From: Arcobacteraceae bacterium
GTDB taxonomy: Bacteria; Campylobacterota; Campylobacteria; Campylobacterales; Arcobacteraceae
Direction: 5' to 3'
Assembly: GCA_965224485.1 (NCBI GenBank)
Contig: CBDCZH010000015.1
Location: 256,001 to 320,000 of the forward strand
DNA: 64,000 bases
Shown here: positions 61,689-64,000 of the stretch, in pieces
Position numbering within the stretch: the stretch's first letter is position 1
Layout: each line of letters starts with the position of its first letter
Translations under genes and position numbers: made by a program
The notes under the pieces: generated by a model
The model's input: only the letters and a program-made list of their open reading frames with translations
Told to the model about the DNA's origin: nothing
The model's database searches: none

Positions 61689-62864
61689 ATGGCATATGAA
61701 GCACAGTTTAAAGTAAAAGCAACATATATGAGAGGTGGAACTTCTAAGGGTACTTTTTTTAATATTGCAGATCTTCCAAAAGAAGCACAAGAAGATACAA
61801 CAAAAAGAGATAAACTTCTTCAAAGAATTGTAGGAAGTCCTGATGTTTATAAGAAACAAATGGATGGAATGGGAGGAGCATCTTCTTCTACTTCAAAAGC
61901 TATCTTAGTTGGAAAATCAGATCTTGCTGGTCATGATGTAGATTATTATTTTTGCCAAGTTGCAATAGATAAAGATTTTGTAGATATGAGTGGAAATTGT
62001 GGAAACCTAAGCTCTGCTGTTGGTCCTTTTGCAATACATGAGGGACTTGTTGATAATGTTCCACAAAATGGTGTTTGCTGTGTAAGAATTTGGCAAGCAA
62101 ATATCAAAAAAACAATTCTTTGTTATGTTACTATGGAAAATGGCCTAGTTAAAGAAATGGGTGATTATGAAATAGATGGTATTGCTTTTGCTGCCCAAGA
62201 AATACAGCTAGAATTTTTAGAACCAGTTGACCCTAACGAAGAACTATTTCCTACAGGAAATTTAGTTGATGATTTAGAAGTTCCTGGAGTTGGTACGTTT
62301 AAAGCAACTATGATAACAGCTGGAATTCCTACTATTTTCGTAAATGCAAGTGAAATTGCATATAAAGGAACTGAACTTCAAGGTGATATTAACTCAGATA
62401 CTGCTGCTTTAGAAAGATTTGAAAAAATTAGAATTGCAGGGGCTTTAAAAATGGGTCTTATTAAAGAAGCTAGCGAAGCACAAACAAAACAACATACTCC
62501 AAAAATTGCTTTTGTTTCACCAGCTCAAGATTTCATAACTTCATCTGGAAAAGAAGTTAAAGCTTGTGAAATGGATTTACATGTACGTGCTTTATCTATG
62601 CAACAATTACACCATGCAATGATGGGAACAGCTTCTGTTGCTATTGGAGTTGCTGCTTGTATTCCTGGAACACTAGTTAATATAGCAGCTGGTGGAAAAG
62701 AAAAGAATAGTATTACTTTTGGTCATCCTTCTGGTGCTATTAAAGTTGGAGCTATTATTTCAAAAGAAAATGGGAAATATTTAGTAAAAAAAGCAAGTAT
62801 GAGTAGATCTGCTAGAATTATAATGGATGGAAATGTTCATGTACCAGCAGGAACAATGGATTAA
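61689..62864 (+). CDS. prpF: 2-methylaconitate cis-trans isomerase PrpF
   Basis: YMRGGTSKG, DGMGGASSSTSK, GNCGN, HHAMMGT, GHPSG. Confidence 0.96.
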   Translation: MAYEAQFKVKATYMRGGTSKGTFFNIADLPKEAQEDTTKRDKLLQRIVGSPDVYKKQMDGMGGASSSTSKAILVGKSDLAGHDVDYYFCQVAIDKDFVDMSGNCGNLSSAVGPFAIHEGLVDNVPQNGVCCVRIWQANIKKTILCYVTMENGLVKEMGDYEIDGIAFAAQEIQLEFLEPVDPNEELFPTGNLVDDLEVPGVGTFKATMITAGIPTIFVNASEIAYKGTELQGDINSDTAALERFEKIRIAGALKMGLIKEASEAQTKQHTPKIAFVSPAQDFITSSGKEVKACEMDLHVRALSMQQLHHAMMGTASVAIGVAACIPGTLVNIAAGGKEKNSITFGHPSGAIKVGAIISKENGKYLVKKASMSRSARIIMDGNVHVPAGTMD

Positions 62865-62942
62865 TATAATTTATTAAAATAAAAAAGGTCTAGACAAAGT
62901 CTAAACCTTTTCCCTATAAACCATCAACCATTTAACCATAAA

Positions 62943-63485
62943 CTACTTAACCAAAGCAGAAATAGCTTTAAAGTTTGGATTTTTAGAACTAAGAGTTAGT
63001 TCAAATAATAAAGATTCATAAGTAGTTGGAATAACACCTGCTAAAACTAATCTCTCAATTGCCATAATAGTATTATACTCAACTCTAGAACTTACACAAT
63101 CAGTTACTAAAACAGGTTGTAAACCCTCTTCTAATAAGTCTAAACAAGTTTGAAGTACACAAACATGAGTTTCAATTCCAGCAACAATAACCATTCTTTT
63201 TCCAGAGCTTTTAATAGCTTTTAATGTATCCTCATTTCCACAACAAGAAAATGTAGTTTTCTCAAAATGAGTCTCTTTTGATACAAGTTCTTTTAAAGAA
63301 GGAATTGTTTCACCAAGACCTTTTTTATACTGCTCATTAATTATAAAAGGAACTTCATGAACTTGTAAACCTTTTACTAAAGTAATAAGATTTCTTTGAA
63401 TTATATCCCTATTTGACATTAGGGGAAATAATTTTTCTTGAACATCTACTAAACAAAATATTGTATCTTCTAATCGTATTTTCAT
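62943..63485 (-). CDS. Isochorismatase-family hydrolase
   Basis: LVDVQEKL, EQY..GLG, EKTTFSC, GIETHVCVLQT. Confidence 0.9.
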   Translation of the reverse strand: MKIRLEDTIFCLVDVQEKLFPLMSNRDIIQRNLITLVKGLQVHEVPFIINEQYKKGLGETIPSLKELVSKETHFEKTTFSCCGNEDTLKAIKSSGKRMVIVAGIETHVCVLQTCLDLLEEGLQPVLVTDCVSSRVEYNTIMAIERLVLAGVIPTTYESLLFELTLSSKNPNFKAISALVK

Positions 63486-63675
63486 CTGTTCTCCTTAATC
63501 TATGTCTTTTATGATACTAAATAATTAATTAAAAAGAAAAGAAAAAGATATAAAAGAATTTTAAGAAAAAAAAGTGGGTAGTTTGGGAAAAGATAGACTT
63601 AATTCTAAAAGAATTAGGTCTATTTTTATAAGCTATGATTTCTAAATATGCTTGTTTGCAAATATAAGTAAAAAC

Positions 63676-64000
63676 TTATACAAAAGCTACTTTTTCAGCA
63701 CGTTCAAGAAGCTCTTTAGCTCCTTGATCTATAAATTTTGAAGCTAGTGTTTTTCCTATTGTTTCAAAATCTTCTAATTTTGCAGTTATATCCTCTGTAA
63801 TAGATTCACTACCATCAGGCATTCCTACAATTGCTTGAACTCTAATTGAATTTTCATCAATAATTGTAGCTTTTACTCCAATAGGAACTTGACATCCACC
63901 TTGAAGAGTATCTACAAAAGATCTCTCAATTGTTGATTCAATATGTGCATCTTTATCATTTAGAACTTTTATTAGCTCAACTATCACAGGATCAGTTGTA
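63676..64000 (-). CDS. hemC: Hydroxymethylbilane synthase, 3' part (5' end outside the window)
   Basis: ERSFVDTLQGGCQVPIG cofactor-attachment Cys motif. Confidence 0.9.
   Translation of the reverse strand, partial: TTDPVIVELIKVLNDKDAHIESTIERSFVDTLQGGCQVPIGVKATIIDENSIRVQAIVGMPDGSESITEDITAKLEDFETIGKTLASKFIDQGAKELLERAEKVAFV

Noticed and set aside
102..62100. Many short antisense or alternative-frame ORFs in the track (e.g. 102..491, 631..834, 13524..13934, 29320..29589, 32080..32319, 52287..52700, 61900..62100)
   Set aside because: They overlap well-supported genes and have shadow-ORF composition.
1..64000. rRNA, tRNA, integron integrase or prophage genes
   Set aside because: None recognised by eye; intergenic spaces are short and AT-rich. 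tRNAscan/Rfam were not run.

Overview
Low-GC bacterial chromosome segment whose gene set and order point to Campylobacterota, most likely Arcobacteraceae (inferred, not database-checked). About 14-64 kb is mostly core metabolism: a full NADH-type complex I operon (nuoA,B,CD,E,F,[gltA],G-N), Wolinella-type fumarate reductase frdCAB, two dynamin-like proteins, a ThDP enzyme + aldehyde dehydrogenase pair, sucCD, recQ, the AcnD/PrpF-type methylcitrate operon (prpB-prpC-acnD-prpF) with a divergent HTH protein, and the 3' part of hemC. About 4.9-14 kb is an accessory region: a decaying integron-type cassette array (attC-like hairpins, no integrase in the window), a RelBE-type TA pair, and a three-level nested mobile element. 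In that nest, a structured REP/BIME-like repeat is interrupted by an IS110 element, whose recombinase gene is interrupted by an IS30 element. The highlight is that the IS110 left end encodes a bridge-RNA-like structure. All four of its guide segments can be matched by eye to the reconstructed target (TGTAAAA-CT-CACTA) and donor (GTGGCAA-CT-TATAT) junctions. Several single-base frameshifts cluster in the first 9 kb and may be sequencing errors.
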